Below, one piece after another: positions 1 to 9,892 of a stretch of DNA of 64,000 nt. The position numbers were made by a program, and so were the translations under genes. Location of the stretch: the NCBI GenBank assembly GCA_965212015.1, contig OZ243037.1, forward strand, positions 704,001 to 768,000. The letters are read 5' to 3'. Numbering within the stretch: the stretch's first letter is position 1; every line of letters starts with the position of its first letter. This stretch comes from Cenarchaeum sp. GTDB taxonomy: Archaea > Thermoproteota > Nitrososphaeria > Nitrososphaerales > Nitrosopumilaceae. The notes under the pieces are model-generated. The model saw only the letters and a program-made list of their open reading frames with translations, made no database searches and was not told where the DNA came from.

Positions 1-1759
1 CCGCCTAAAGGAGGCCACCTCAGAGGTATACGGAAAAGAGTTCTATGGCGGGATCCTAGGGGAGAACACGGCAGAGTTTGCAGGACGCAAGGTGTCCGAA
101 TCAAGGGAGCCCATAAGGGAATGGCTGGCAGCACGTGGATGCGCCGACGTCCTGCTAGAGCTGACAGAGTCAGTCAGGTGCCGCTGCGGGGCCCGGTGCC
201 TAGTCAAGATTCTTGCAAACCAGTGGTTTTTAGACTATGGGAACAAGCAGTGGAAGGCACAGGCCGCGCGGTGCTTTGATGGCATGAGCATCATACCGCA
301 GGAGATAAGAAAAGAGTTCGTCGCAGTGCTTGACTGGCTTCACGAGCGCGCATGCGCAAGGCAGCACGGCCTTGGAACCAGGCTTCCGTGGGACGGGGAC
401 TGGATGGTGGAGAGCCTGTCGGACTCTGTAATTTACATGGCATACTATACCCTGGCAAGGTTTGTAAACGACGGGACGATACGCGCAGAATCGCTCTCTG
501 GCGAGTTTTTTGACTTTGTGCTGCTCGGCTCCGGCGATGCGCAGGACGCATCAGAAAAAACCGGAATTTCTGCGGATGTCCTGCGCGAGATAAGAGGTGA
601 GTTTTCGTATTTTTATCCGGTCGATTCGCGCCACTCGGGCCGCGACCTGATTCCAAACCACCTGACGTTTTTCATCCTGAACCATGTCGCGATATTTCCG
701 GAGCGCGACTGGCCGCAGGAGATAGTAGTCAACGGCTCTGTCCTCATGGACGGGAAAAAAATGTCAAAAAGCATGGGAAACATAATCCCGCTGCGGCAGG
801 CAATAAAGGAGCACGGGGCCGATCCGATACGCCTTGCAATAATAATATCCTCCGAGCTGCTTCAGGACGCGGACTTTAACCTGGAATCCGTCGCCGGAAT
901 CAAGGGCAAGCTCGAGGCGCTGCACGAGCAGTGCTCCAGAATTGCGCCGCAGGAGCCAGAAATGCTTGCGGCAGAGGACAGGTGGATAAACAGCAAGCTG
1001 CAAGAGATGATAGCCGACGTGACTGCGTCAATTGAGGGCGTGCGCCTCCGTGAGGGGCTGCATTATATACTGTTTGCCTTTGAGGCCAGCCTGCACTGGT
1101 ATCTGAGGCGCGCAAGGGCAAAGGGCAGAAAGGACACCGACGCAATGCTGTACAGGATAAACAGGGTGCGAACCGCAATGCTCTCCCCGTTTGCGCCGCA
1201 TATCGCCGAGGAGCTGTGGGAGGCCATGGGGCAGACAGGAATGGTCTCGCAGTCCGAGTGGCCAAAAGTCGCGCACGACGGGATTGATCCTGCCGCCATA
1301 CAGGCAGAGAATCTTCTCGCCGTGCTGATGGACGACATTGCAAAGATAGTAAAGGTGACAAAGATGGCGCCAAAAAGGGCCATAATATACACGGCAGACG
1401 GCCTAAAGTCCGAGTCATACCGCACCATACTGGGGCACGTGATGGCGTCCCGGACCGACATGGGGGTGATAATGCGGGATCTCATAGCATCGCCGGATAC
1501 CGCACAGATAAAGTCCAATCCGGATTTCGTCCAAAGGGCAATCCGGGACATACTGTCAGAGACTGTCGCCATCAAAAAGGCAAGAATGCAGGCAAAAATA
1601 GACGAAAAGGCCGTAATTCTGGGCGAGCTTGCCTGCCTTGCAAGGGCCGATTTGGGCGTGGAGGTGGAGGTCTATTCAGAGTCCGACCCCGGGATATACG
1701 ATCCGCAGGGCAAGGCGCGCCACGCAAGGCCGTTCAGGCCTGCAATCTATATGGAGTGA
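1..1759 (+). CDS. leuS: Leucyl-tRNA synthetase (archaeal type), 5'-truncated by window edge
   Basis: KMSKS motif, QWFLDY and ESLSDSVIYMAYY segments; frame stays open upstream of 92 to the window start. Confidence 0.95.
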   Translation, partial: RLKEATSEVYGKEFYGGILGENTAEFAGRKVSESREPIREWLAARGCADVLLELTESVRCRCGARCLVKILANQWFLDYGNKQWKAQAARCFDGMSIIPQEIRKEFVAVLDWLHERACARQHGLGTRLPWDGDWMVESLSDSVIYMAYYTLARFVNDGTIRAESLSGEFFDFVLLGSGDAQDASEKTGISADVLREIRGEFSYFYPVDSRHSGRDLIPNHLTFFILNHVAIFPERDWPQEIVVNGSVLMDGKKMSKSMGNIIPLRQAIKEHGADPIRLAIIISSELLQDADFNLESVAGIKGKLEALHEQCSRIAPQEPEMLAAEDRWINSKLQEMIADVTASIEGVRLREGLHYILFAFEASLHWYLRRARAKGRKDTDAMLYRINRVRTAMLSPFAPHIAEELWEAMGQTGMVSQSEWPKVAHDGIDPAAIQAENLLAVLMDDIAKIVKVTKMAPKRAIIYTADGLKSESYRTILGHVMASRTDMGVIMRDLIASPDTAQIKSNPDFVQRAIRDILSETVAIKKARMQAKIDEKAVILGELACLARADLGVEVEVYSESDPGIYDPQGKARHARPFRPAIYME

Positions 1760-1839
1760 GATAAATCTAGAAAAATAGATCCAATGTTGTAATTTATTTT
1801 ATCTGATAGCTTGTTAATGAAATCCGTCAGGGAATTCTC

Positions 1840-4089
1840 GTGAAAGGCATAGCATTGGTACTGATTTTGTTCTCAATTACGCTTTATTCTGCGTCTGCAG
1901 CCGTGCCTGACAAGCCTACTGACCTTGATGCGCAGGACATCTCCCCGACCCAGATAAAACTGTCCTGGAACGCCCCAGATGACGTTGATCCTCCCATAAC
2001 GGGCTTTAAGATAGAGGTGAGTACCTCGTCGGGCAGCTATTATCCCGTGGCCGAAGATACCGGCTCGACTAGCACCGTATACGTGCACAAGGATCTTGTG
2101 ACTGACAAGACATACAATTATCGGGTTTATGCAATAAACGACGACGGCACAAGCCAGGCGTCACGGAAGGCCTCGGCTACGCCGACAGACTCGTCAAAAT
2201 CCAACGAAAATCCGCCGCCTGCGCCGACGCGGCTGACGGCAAAGGACGTGTCGCCGACAAAGATTGAGCTGAGCTGGAAGGAGCCGCCGTCAGGCGACCA
2301 TCCCGATGTCACCGGATACAAAATAGAGCACAAGATCGACTCTGGATCATACAAGGTCCTGGTCAACAATACAAAAAGCACTGATTCTGAATATTCTGCC
2401 ACCGGGCTCAAGACAAACGCGGCGCACACTTTTCGCGTCTCGGCCCTCAACTCGTTCGGGTTCGGTCCTGCATCAGACGAGGCGACTGCCACCCCGACTT
2501 CCTCGTCTGCCGGCAAAAAAGAGTCAGTCGTTCCAAGCAAGCCAGTCAGGCTCAAGGCCTCTGCAGTCTCGCCGAGTGAAATCCAGGTGACATGGAAGGC
2601 ACCCACCGCAAACAAGGGCCCGGACGTCACAAGCTACCAGATCGAAGTAAAGATAAACGACGGGGCATTCAACGTGCTGGAATACGAGTATGAAAACCTC
2701 GCATACAAGCACGAGAATCTTGATCCGAGCAACTCTTACACGTACAGGCTTGCCGCCAGAAACTCCATAGGACTGGGCGACGCCGTTACCGCAAAGGAGC
2801 AGCCCGAGCACACGCTGGTCCCCACAAACCTTACGGTGGTGGAAATCTCGCCGACAAAGGCAAGATTGGAATGGGACCCCCCGTCAGAAACCTACGGCCT
2901 GCCAATCCGCGAGTATGATGTGAAAATAAAACTCACGCTGGACAAGTACGAGACTGTGGAAAGCACGGGCAAGCCCTCGCTTGTCCTCTCTGATCTAGAG
3001 ACCGGCAAGGCGTACGTCTATGTCGTTGTTGCAAAATTCACGCATGTTGCGTCTAACCCCTCTGACGAAATCACGATAAAGCTCACAGAGGAATCCGGCG
3101 GCACGCCGGCAAGCCCGCCGAGCAAGCCGATCAACTTGCAGGCATCATCCTCGTCCCCCATCCAGGTCGACCTGACGTGGAACAAGCCGGCCAACGACGG
3201 AGGCTCGCCCATTACGGGATACAAGATTGATCTAGGGATAAACGACGGCGAGTTCATAACGCTAGTCGAGGACACAAAAAAGACGACCAGGGTGTTCTTT
3301 CATACAGAAAGGGTTCCCGACACCACCTACCACTACAAGGTGTATGCGATAAACGAGGCAGGCACGAGCCAGGCATCCAACGAGGCATCTGCCACGCCTG
3401 CAGAGCCTGTCCCGGTGCTCAAAGTCACCGTCCCTTCTGCCCCGCTGAACCTCAATGCCACTGCCGCCATGCCGGACCAGGTTGAGCTCAGATGGGATGC
3501 GCCCGAGTCCGACGGCGGCGCAATCATCAAGGGGTACAAAATAGAGGTAAAGAGGGACTCTGGCGACTTTGGCGTGCTTTTGGATAACATTGGCAAAAGG
3601 TCCTACCTGCATACGGTAAGCCCGGAGAACTCTACTTACACGTACAAGGTTTATGCCACAAACGAGGCAGGAGCAGGCGATCCGTCAAAATCCGCAACAG
3701 CGCAGATTGTCATTGAAAAAGAAGAGCCACCCGATCCCAGGCTGCGGGTTCCGGGCTTTCCGGATCCGGACACCGATCCCCAGCGCTATATAGACAGGTA
3801 CGACAACGAGACGGCATTCAGGGACTGGTTTGACGGTACCTTTCCGGATTACACCATATACGATATAGTGGGGATTCCAGAGCCCGTAGTTGAGCCGCCA
3901 ACTGAGGAGGAGATCCGGGAGAAATACTATACAGACCGACTCTCCGAGCCGGCATACAAAAAATGGTTTGACTCGTACTTTGCGGACATGGAGCTAGCCG
4001 ACATACTAGACGAGGAGCCGGAGTTTGGGCTGTGCGGCGAGGGCACGGAGCTCAGAGACGGCATCTGCCAGATAATAATAAAATCCTGA
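1840..4089 (+). CDS. Secreted/surface protein with six fibronectin type III domains
   Basis: Signal peptide; six repeats of P..P..L...W..P......Y.I......Y.Y.V.A.N; C-terminal YIDRY..WFD repeat and CGEGT..DGIC motif. Confidence 0.9.
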   Translation: MKGIALVLILFSITLYSASAAVPDKPTDLDAQDISPTQIKLSWNAPDDVDPPITGFKIEVSTSSGSYYPVAEDTGSTSTVYVHKDLVTDKTYNYRVYAINDDGTSQASRKASATPTDSSKSNENPPPAPTRLTAKDVSPTKIELSWKEPPSGDHPDVTGYKIEHKIDSGSYKVLVNNTKSTDSEYSATGLKTNAAHTFRVSALNSFGFGPASDEATATPTSSSAGKKESVVPSKPVRLKASAVSPSEIQVTWKAPTANKGPDVTSYQIEVKINDGAFNVLEYEYENLAYKHENLDPSNSYTYRLAARNSIGLGDAVTAKEQPEHTLVPTNLTVVEISPTKARLEWDPPSETYGLPIREYDVKIKLTLDKYETVESTGKPSLVLSDLETGKAYVYVVVAKFTHVASNPSDEITIKLTEESGGTPASPPSKPINLQASSSSPIQVDLTWNKPANDGGSPITGYKIDLGINDGEFITLVEDTKKTTRVFFHTERVPDTTYHYKVYAINEAGTSQASNEASATPAEPVPVLKVTVPSAPLNLNATAAMPDQVELRWDAPESDGGAIIKGYKIEVKRDSGDFGVLLDNIGKRSYLHTVSPENSTYTYKVYATNEAGAGDPSKSATAQIVIEKEEPPDPRLRVPGFPDPDTDPQRYIDRYDNETAFRDWFDGTFPDYTIYDIVGIPEPVVEPPTEEEIREKYYTDRLSEPAYKKWFDSYFADMELADILDEEPEFGLCGEGTELRDGICQIIIKS

Positions 4090-4151
4090 CAGATATTCGG
4101 ACCGTGATCGAGTTCAAATCTTAAATATTTTCAAATACAAGACACCGTAAA

Positions 4152-4841
4152 ATGCCGCGTGCAAAAACCGCCAATCTGGCAGAAAAAGTATGGGACACAC
4201 ACTACGGAAAGCCGGCCACACCGCAGAGGCCGATCCCGTTTACAAAGACGATAATGGGCATGGTCGACTCTGAATTCCGCACAGGAAGGGGGCTGTATGT
4301 GGGGTGCGGAAACGGCAGAAACTATATTCCGCTGGTGCGGCACGGGCTGGACATCGACGGGCTGGACATATCAGGGACGGGACTGGAATACATCAGGGGC
4401 AAGATCCCCGGATGCACGCTCTTGCACAAAGACATGCTAGAGTATTCTGCAAGGCCGTACGACTATCTGATATCCATACAGGTGTTCCAGCACGGGAACC
4501 TGGACACCGCAAAGAGGTACATAGAAAAATCACACGCCCTTTTAAAAAAGGACGGACTGTTGTTCCTGCGGGTAAACTCTGCATCGACAAAAATCTTTTA
4601 CGGGCACAAAACCATAGGGGGGGATATGGGCCGCACCATACTGTACACGCAGGGCCCAAAAGACGGGCTGGTGGTACACTTTTTTACAAAAGAGGGGATT
4701 CTGGAGCTCCTCGGGCCGTACTTTGAGCTGCAAGGCCAGATAAGCGAGAGAAAAATGCGGCGGGCCCCCCCAAAGAGCGGGTTTTGGGCACAGCTTGAGC
4801 TGGTGCTGCGCAGGAAACCCCGGCGCACCGGTAGACCCTGA
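4152..4841 (+). CDS. Class I SAM-dependent methyltransferase
   Basis: YVGCGNGRN motif I, GLDIS, LLKKDG post-II motif. Confidence 0.8.
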   Translation: MPRAKTANLAEKVWDTHYGKPATPQRPIPFTKTIMGMVDSEFRTGRGLYVGCGNGRNYIPLVRHGLDIDGLDISGTGLEYIRGKIPGCTLLHKDMLEYSARPYDYLISIQVFQHGNLDTAKRYIEKSHALLKKDGLLFLRVNSASTKIFYGHKTIGGDMGRTILYTQGPKDGLVVHFFTKEGILELLGPYFELQGQISERKMRRAPPKSGFWAQLELVLRRKPRRTGRP

Positions 4842-4964
4842 AATCCGCCTGCCGTCTGGCGCGGCAACAGCCGGCAGGATCCCGTCCTGTGCAAGACCCT
4901 CCGGGCCCAAATCTGCGCAACTGGCAATAACATTAATAGATGGCCGCATGGGAGCCAAGACCAA

Positions 4965-5077
4965 GCCGGCCATAGCGTTAGGGTGCGACCCAATCCCATT
5001 CCGAACTTGGAAGTCAAACCTAATGTCGCTGTTGTGCTACTAAGATGCGAGAGCTCTTGGGAAGCAACAGTGCTGGC
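4965..5077 (+). rRNA. rrf: 5S rRNA (unlinked from 16S/23S)
   Basis: GGCCATAGC...CCCATTCCGAAC..GGAAGTCAAACC conserved 5S blocks; ends GCCGGC/GCTGGC pair as helix I; T-run after; ends approximate. Confidence 0.92.
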
Positions 5078-5173
5078 ATTTTTCAATCATTCCGTACCTG
5101 CCAGTAGCGGCGCACGTTTTCAGATCACTGCAGTCAATCCAAATAAATAACACAGCCGCGTTGGCCCCGTATC

Positions 5174-6937
5174 GTGCTGGAATTTCAAGGCAAAGTCGCG
5201 CTGATAACCGGGAGCGGAACCGGGATAGGGCAGGCGATTGCAAAAAAATTCGTCGAGAACGGATCGAGTGTAGTCATACTGGGGCGCCGGCCCGGGCCGC
5301 TCGAGGAGACCGCAACAATGCTGCGGGAAATTATAGGCAGGATTCAAAGCGGCGCGTTTGTAAAAGTCTTTTCGGGCGTGGACGTTGCAGACGAAAGGGC
5401 GGTAACTGGCATGTTTGACTCGCTTGCCGCATCAGATACGGCAATAGACATTGTGGTGAACAACGCCGGCGTCTCCGGACCCGTGACGTGCTTTGCCAAC
5501 GACGATCTGGCAGAGTTTCAAAGCACCATAAACATACACCTGACTGGGACGTTTTGGACATCAAGGCAGGCCCTGAAGGTGATGAAAAAGGGCGGGAAGA
5601 TAATCACAATTTCCACGTTTTTTACAGAAGAGAGGCCGCTTGAGCAGAGGCCGTACAGGTTCAGGGATCCATATACTGCCGCGCAGGGGGCAAAAAACCG
5701 GCTTGCCGAGGCAATGTCGTGGGAGCTAAAAGACAGGGGGATAATCTCGATTGCCACAAACCCGGGCCCCGTCCACTCTGACAGGATATACAAGACCGTA
5801 TACCCAAAGGCCGCATCCGAGTTTTTGCGCGTAAGCGGCTTTAAGGATCTTGCACCGGTCAGGGTGGAGGCCATAGCACGCGACATAGTCGGGCTCTTGG
5901 GGGAGGACGACGAGACTACAAAAAAGGGAATAGCGCAGGCAGCAGAAAAATTCTCAAACGGCGACGCATCCGGGCTTGCCGCCACAATAACAGACATGCT
6001 GGCCAAGATTCAAAGCATTGCAGAAAAAATCCAGCTAAACACGTCAAGGATGATTGCAGACGAGCAGTTTTTGTCCCAGTCGCAGGTGGCAGAGACGGTA
6101 CTCATGCTGTCAGGGGACATGTCTGCCACGCTCAACGGCAAGGTGATACCCGGGGACCGCGTGTTTTATCCCGTACGGGCGCACATTGGAAACGCAACAC
6201 CGCAGGTGCACCAGCCTGATTTTTCCGGCAAGACAGTCGTCTTTACGATTGATGCCACAGATGAGTCGGATTCGGAGAGGGCCGCGTATCTTGCCAGGCA
6301 TGTAGAGAAAAACGGGGGCAAGGCAGTATGCATAGTCTCCGGGGACTGTCCCGCAGGAATCCTGGACAGCATAAGATCAGAGCTTCATCCGCATACGGCC
6401 GATCTGAAAAACCCCGCCGAGATTGACAGGCTGCTCGAGGCCGCCTCCAAAACAGGCGAGATTCTGGCAACGGTGCACATGACTGGCAACGTCCCAGAGA
6501 TGGCAAACCTGATGGAGCTGTCCAGAAAACAGTGGGACGGCTTGGTGGACAAGTTCATCAACAGTACGGCCACCATAATTCAGAGGTCCCTTGAGCACTT
6601 TGTCCCAGGCGGCGGCGGGGATCCGCGGCTGTACCGGGACAAGAGGGGGACTGTCATTATAATAGGCCCCGACCTGCCGGTGGGCAAAAAAGTCACAGGA
6701 TCCCAGAGGGCCAGAGTCGAGGTGTTTCGCGGGGCGCTAAGGCCGTTTACCGTCACGCTCAACCAGGAGCTCAGCGACGTGCTAAAGTCCGGCGTGCGCT
6801 CCTTTACGGTGTTTGCAGGCGGCATAGACGGCAGGGAGCCGGACAATGAAAGGATTGCCCGGGCGCTGAACTATCTTGTCTCACCGGGCGCCGCCTCTGC
6901 AGCCGAGGTCGTATACTGTGTAGACGAGCACAGATAG
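5174..6937 (+). CDS. Two-domain SDR-family oxidoreductase
   Basis: TGSGTGIG, NNAG, PGPV motifs in the first Rossmann domain; second degenerate SDR domain. Confidence 0.85.
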   Translation: MLEFQGKVALITGSGTGIGQAIAKKFVENGSSVVILGRRPGPLEETATMLREIIGRIQSGAFVKVFSGVDVADERAVTGMFDSLAASDTAIDIVVNNAGVSGPVTCFANDDLAEFQSTINIHLTGTFWTSRQALKVMKKGGKIITISTFFTEERPLEQRPYRFRDPYTAAQGAKNRLAEAMSWELKDRGIISIATNPGPVHSDRIYKTVYPKAASEFLRVSGFKDLAPVRVEAIARDIVGLLGEDDETTKKGIAQAAEKFSNGDASGLAATITDMLAKIQSIAEKIQLNTSRMIADEQFLSQSQVAETVLMLSGDMSATLNGKVIPGDRVFYPVRAHIGNATPQVHQPDFSGKTVVFTIDATDESDSERAAYLARHVEKNGGKAVCIVSGDCPAGILDSIRSELHPHTADLKNPAEIDRLLEAASKTGEILATVHMTGNVPEMANLMELSRKQWDGLVDKFINSTATIIQRSLEHFVPGGGGDPRLYRDKRGTVIIIGPDLPVGKKVTGSQRARVEVFRGALRPFTVTLNQELSDVLKSGVRSFTVFAGGIDGREPDNERIARALNYLVSPGAASAAEVVYCVDEHR

Positions 6938-6938
6938 C

Positions 6939-7685
6939 CTAGCCTGCCGCATCCACAAGCATCTTTACTGCAACTGCCGCCACTGCAACGGATATCATTA
7001 TCCGCAGCCACCCCTCCCTGACTTCCAGCGACAGCCTTGCGCCAAGCAGGCCCCCCGCAAAGGCGCCGGCTGCAAGCAGCAGCGCCTGGTAAAAGTCCGG
7101 ATGTCCAAGGGCGCTGTGGGCTGCCAGTCCTGCAAACGAGGCAAACAGCAGGGCCAGCTGTGATGTGGGCGCGGCCCTTTTCATCCCGAATCCCAGCACC
7201 GCCACCATCAGCGGAACAAAGACGATTCCGCCGCCTATTCCAAAAAAGCTAGAGACAATCCCGGCAAAAAAGCTCGCGCCTGCGGCAAAAAGCACGACGA
7301 GTTTTGTGTCGAACATTCCGGACTTTACCCTCCGGTGCAAAAGGACGTACGCCGCCGACGCAATCAGGACTGCGGCAAACAAGACGCCAAACGGCCCGGC
7401 GCCGACGTCAGAGGACGCAAGCGCCCCGATGACGGTTCCAGGCACCGAGGCCAGTCCCAGCTTTATCCCCGTTCCGTACTCTATTCTCCCTTGCCTGGAA
7501 TACGCGATGGTAGAGGCAGCCGCGTTGCCAAACGCCGCAAAAAGGCTGTTGCCTGCGGCAAGCGACGGCGGGAATCCCAGAAACGTCAGCACGGGCACGA
7601 TGATTATTCCCCCGCCAAGGCCGATCATTGATCCCAGAGTCCCCGCGGCAAAACCAAGCGCAACAAGCCAAACCCCGTCGATCAT
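6939..7685 (-). CDS. TauE/SafE family membrane transporter
   Basis: Two GLGGG/GIGGG..VP repeats, about 8 TM helices. Confidence 0.9.
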   Translation of the reverse strand: MIDGVWLVALGFAAGTLGSMIGLGGGIIIVPVLTFLGFPPSLAAGNSLFAAFGNAAASTIAYSRQGRIEYGTGIKLGLASVPGTVIGALASSDVGAGPFGVLFAAVLIASAAYVLLHRRVKSGMFDTKLVVLFAAGASFFAGIVSSFFGIGGGIVFVPLMVAVLGFGMKRAAPTSQLALLFASFAGLAAHSALGHPDFYQALLLAAGAFAGGLLGARLSLEVREGWLRIMISVAVAAVAVKMLVDAAG

Positions 7686-7731
7686 ACCGCCAAAAGATTC
7701 CCAGCGTATATGGTGTTTTTTATTCGGGTGA

Positions 7732-8373
7732 TCAGGCTATCAGCATCTGCCATTCGTAGCCCTGTTCGTTTGTGATTATCCTCATCTGTATGTGCTTGCC
7801 GTCGCGCACAACGGTGTTCGATGTAGTGGCGGCAAGTCCCGAGTCTATGTGGGACAGTATGTACGACTCGGCCCAGTCGTCCATGGACAGGCCGGCGCTG
7901 TTTTTTGCATCCCAGCACATGCAGACTGTGTGCTCTGTCAGCACGGAAAACACGGTCTTTGCGTCTGCCTTTTGGCCCAGCGAATAGTCGAGCTGGACTA
8001 CGCCCATGACCCTCCTTGGCTCGTCCGGACTGCCAAACGCGTGTATGTTCCCAAGAAACTCGCCGTCAGAGTCCAAAAGCTCAGTCGACGTGCAGTACCG
8101 GATTATCCTTTGCTCCTGTCCTTCAAACAGGCTGCAAAATTTCGCAATGTCGCCGGGCTCTGCCAGCCTGATCGGGGAGGACATTGTAATGCCGCTTTGA
8201 TTCAGGCTCTGCCTCGAGTTGTAATTGACGTCATTGTATGTAGTTCCAAGCCCGTCACCGAGCGGAAACGCCGGTTCGTCGCCTGCGGGATCCGGGATTT
8301 GCAGTACCGCATACACAATTCCCGCGGCGGCGACTGCGCCGATTGCCGCAAGAATTCTTAGGTCCAACTGCAC
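7732..8373 (-). CDS. Membrane-anchored hypothetical protein
   Basis: N-terminal hydrophobic helix, host-like ORF in co-oriented run. Confidence 0.7.
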   Translation of the reverse strand: MQLDLRILAAIGAVAAAGIVYAVLQIPDPAGDEPAFPLGDGLGTTYNDVNYNSRQSLNQSGITMSSPIRLAEPGDIAKFCSLFEGQEQRIIRYCTSTELLDSDGEFLGNIHAFGSPDEPRRVMGVVQLDYSLGQKADAKTVFSVLTEHTVCMCWDAKNSAGLSMDDWAESYILSHIDSGLAATTSNTVVRDGKHIQMRIITNEQGYEWQMLIA

Positions 8374-8401
8374 ACATGCGCAGGCAATCTTAGTTAAGCC
8401 T

Positions 8402-8893
8402 TTAGATGGAGATGATCTCCAGTATCGAGTCCAGCGTTATTCCAAACCGGTCCACAAAGCCCGCCGTGACCTCGATTATATACGATGCCTCGGTTCCCGG
8501 ATTGACCGAGGCGCAGCTGGCAGCCTCTAGGGCCGACTTGCAGGGCGGCACGTCCCGCTCTATGTGCACCATTCCGCCGTGCTCATCGAACCACATCATG
8601 TCAAGCGGAAACTGCATGTTTGGCATCCACAGCGAATAGACGCCAGGCGAGTCAAAGACAAAGATCATTGCCTCGTCATATGGGAGCGTTTCCTGGAACA
8701 TCAGGCCGCGCACCCTGCGCGGCTCGGTGTCGGCGATCTGGACTTTTAACACGTGGTCGTCTATCTTTACTGTCCCCTGCGGAAAATCCACAGAGTCCAG
8801 CTTTGCGTCCTCCGGTATGGTCAGTATGCCGACGATGCCAATTATTACGGCCGCAGCTGATATCGGGGCCAGAACCTGCATTCGTGTGGTCAT
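8402..8893 (-). CDS. DUF192 family protein
   Basis: IADTEPRRVRGLMF, WMPNMQFPLD, IEVTAG. Confidence 0.9.
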   Translation of the reverse strand: MTTRMQVLAPISAAAVIIGIVGILTIPEDAKLDSVDFPQGTVKIDDHVLKVQIADTEPRRVRGLMFQETLPYDEAMIFVFDSPGVYSLWMPNMQFPLDMMWFDEHGGMVHIERDVPPCKSALEAASCASVNPGTEASYIIEVTAGFVDRFGITLDSILEIISI

Positions 8894-8957
8894 GCCCGTT
8901 TTTGAGCGCCGCCTTTTAAAAAACCCGCCGCACGCCGTGCTGTCTGCCGGCCCGGTG

Positions 8958-9308
8958 CTATCCCAGCGAGTTCCTAAAGTCGCTTATCTCAGAGGTGGCA
9001 CTTTTTACCTGGTGGCCGACGTCTGCAATGGTGGATCCGTTGTATTTTTTGTCCATGTACCTTCCTGCGATTATCATGGGGGCGCCTACTGCGCACGTCA
9101 CCCCGGTGGGCTCTGGAATCCACAGCATGATAAAGCCTATTTTCTGGAGCTTTTTGCCCGGTGCGGGCGCCTTTTGCAGCGCGCCTAGCGACTGGGACAT
9201 TTTTTTGTCGCCCATGCTTGCAATGTCACAGTACAGGTCCACGCGGCGCCTGGCGGACTCCGAGTGTGCCTTTATGTCCTTTAGGCGCTTTCTTAGGGCA
9301 TCACTCAT
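8958..9308 (-). CDS. Hypothetical protein
   Basis: ORF from MSDALRKRL with IPEPTGVT..GAP hydrophobic hairpin; start inferred. Confidence 0.6.
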   Translation of the reverse strand: MSDALRKRLKDIKAHSESARRRVDLYCDIASMGDKKMSQSLGALQKAPAPGKKLQKIGFIMLWIPEPTGVTCAVGAPMIIAGRYMDKKYNGSTIADVGHQVKSATSEISDFRNSLG

Positions 9309-9427
9309 GTCTCGTATCTGGCAGAAATTAGTTAAGACTCGATGATCAAGATAGATTACTCTACGGTCAAATTTGGGTAACCAACCCGGCATAGACACGA
9401 AATTATACGGGTCCGTCCATTGGCACC

Positions 9428-9892
9428 GTGTTGGCAAAGACCAAAAACCGCCTGGAATCAATAAAGGCCGCGCACCAGTCCGAAAAGAGCTCGTCGAGCT
9501 CCAGGGTGGAGGACTATCTGGAGGTGATTGCAGAGCTAGTAGAGCTAAAGGGGTATGCCGCCACGCTGGACATCTCGAGGTACATGAACGTCAGCGCATC
9601 AAGCGTAACGCAGATGCTGCAGCGCCTGGACGAAAACGGGTATCTCGAGTATGAAAAGTACCGCGGGATAAGGCTGACGCGCAGGGGAATAAACCTGGCG
9701 CAGGCCATACGGCAAAAGCACGGAATCCTGCTAGAGTTCTTTGAGATCCTCGGCGTGGGCCACGAGACGGCCAATCGCGACGCAGAGGGCATAGAGCACC
9801 ACCTGAATCCCAAGACGATAAAGCAGCTGCGAAAGTTCATCACGTTTCTAAAGTCAAACCCAAATGTGCTAGACGGCTTTAAAAATCCCTAG
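9428..9892 (+). CDS. DtxR/MntR family metal-dependent regulator
   Basis: EDYLEVI, SVTQML, DAEGIEHH. Confidence 0.93.
   Translation: MLAKTKNRLESIKAAHQSEKSSSSSRVEDYLEVIAELVELKGYAATLDISRYMNVSASSVTQMLQRLDENGYLEYEKYRGIRLTRRGINLAQAIRQKHGILLEFFEILGVGHETANRDAEGIEHHLNPKTIKQLRKFITFLKSNPNVLDGFKNP

Noticed and set aside
4542-5243. Several short ORFs between the methyltransferase and the SDR
   Set aside because: They overlap the 5S rRNA gene and neighbouring real CDSs
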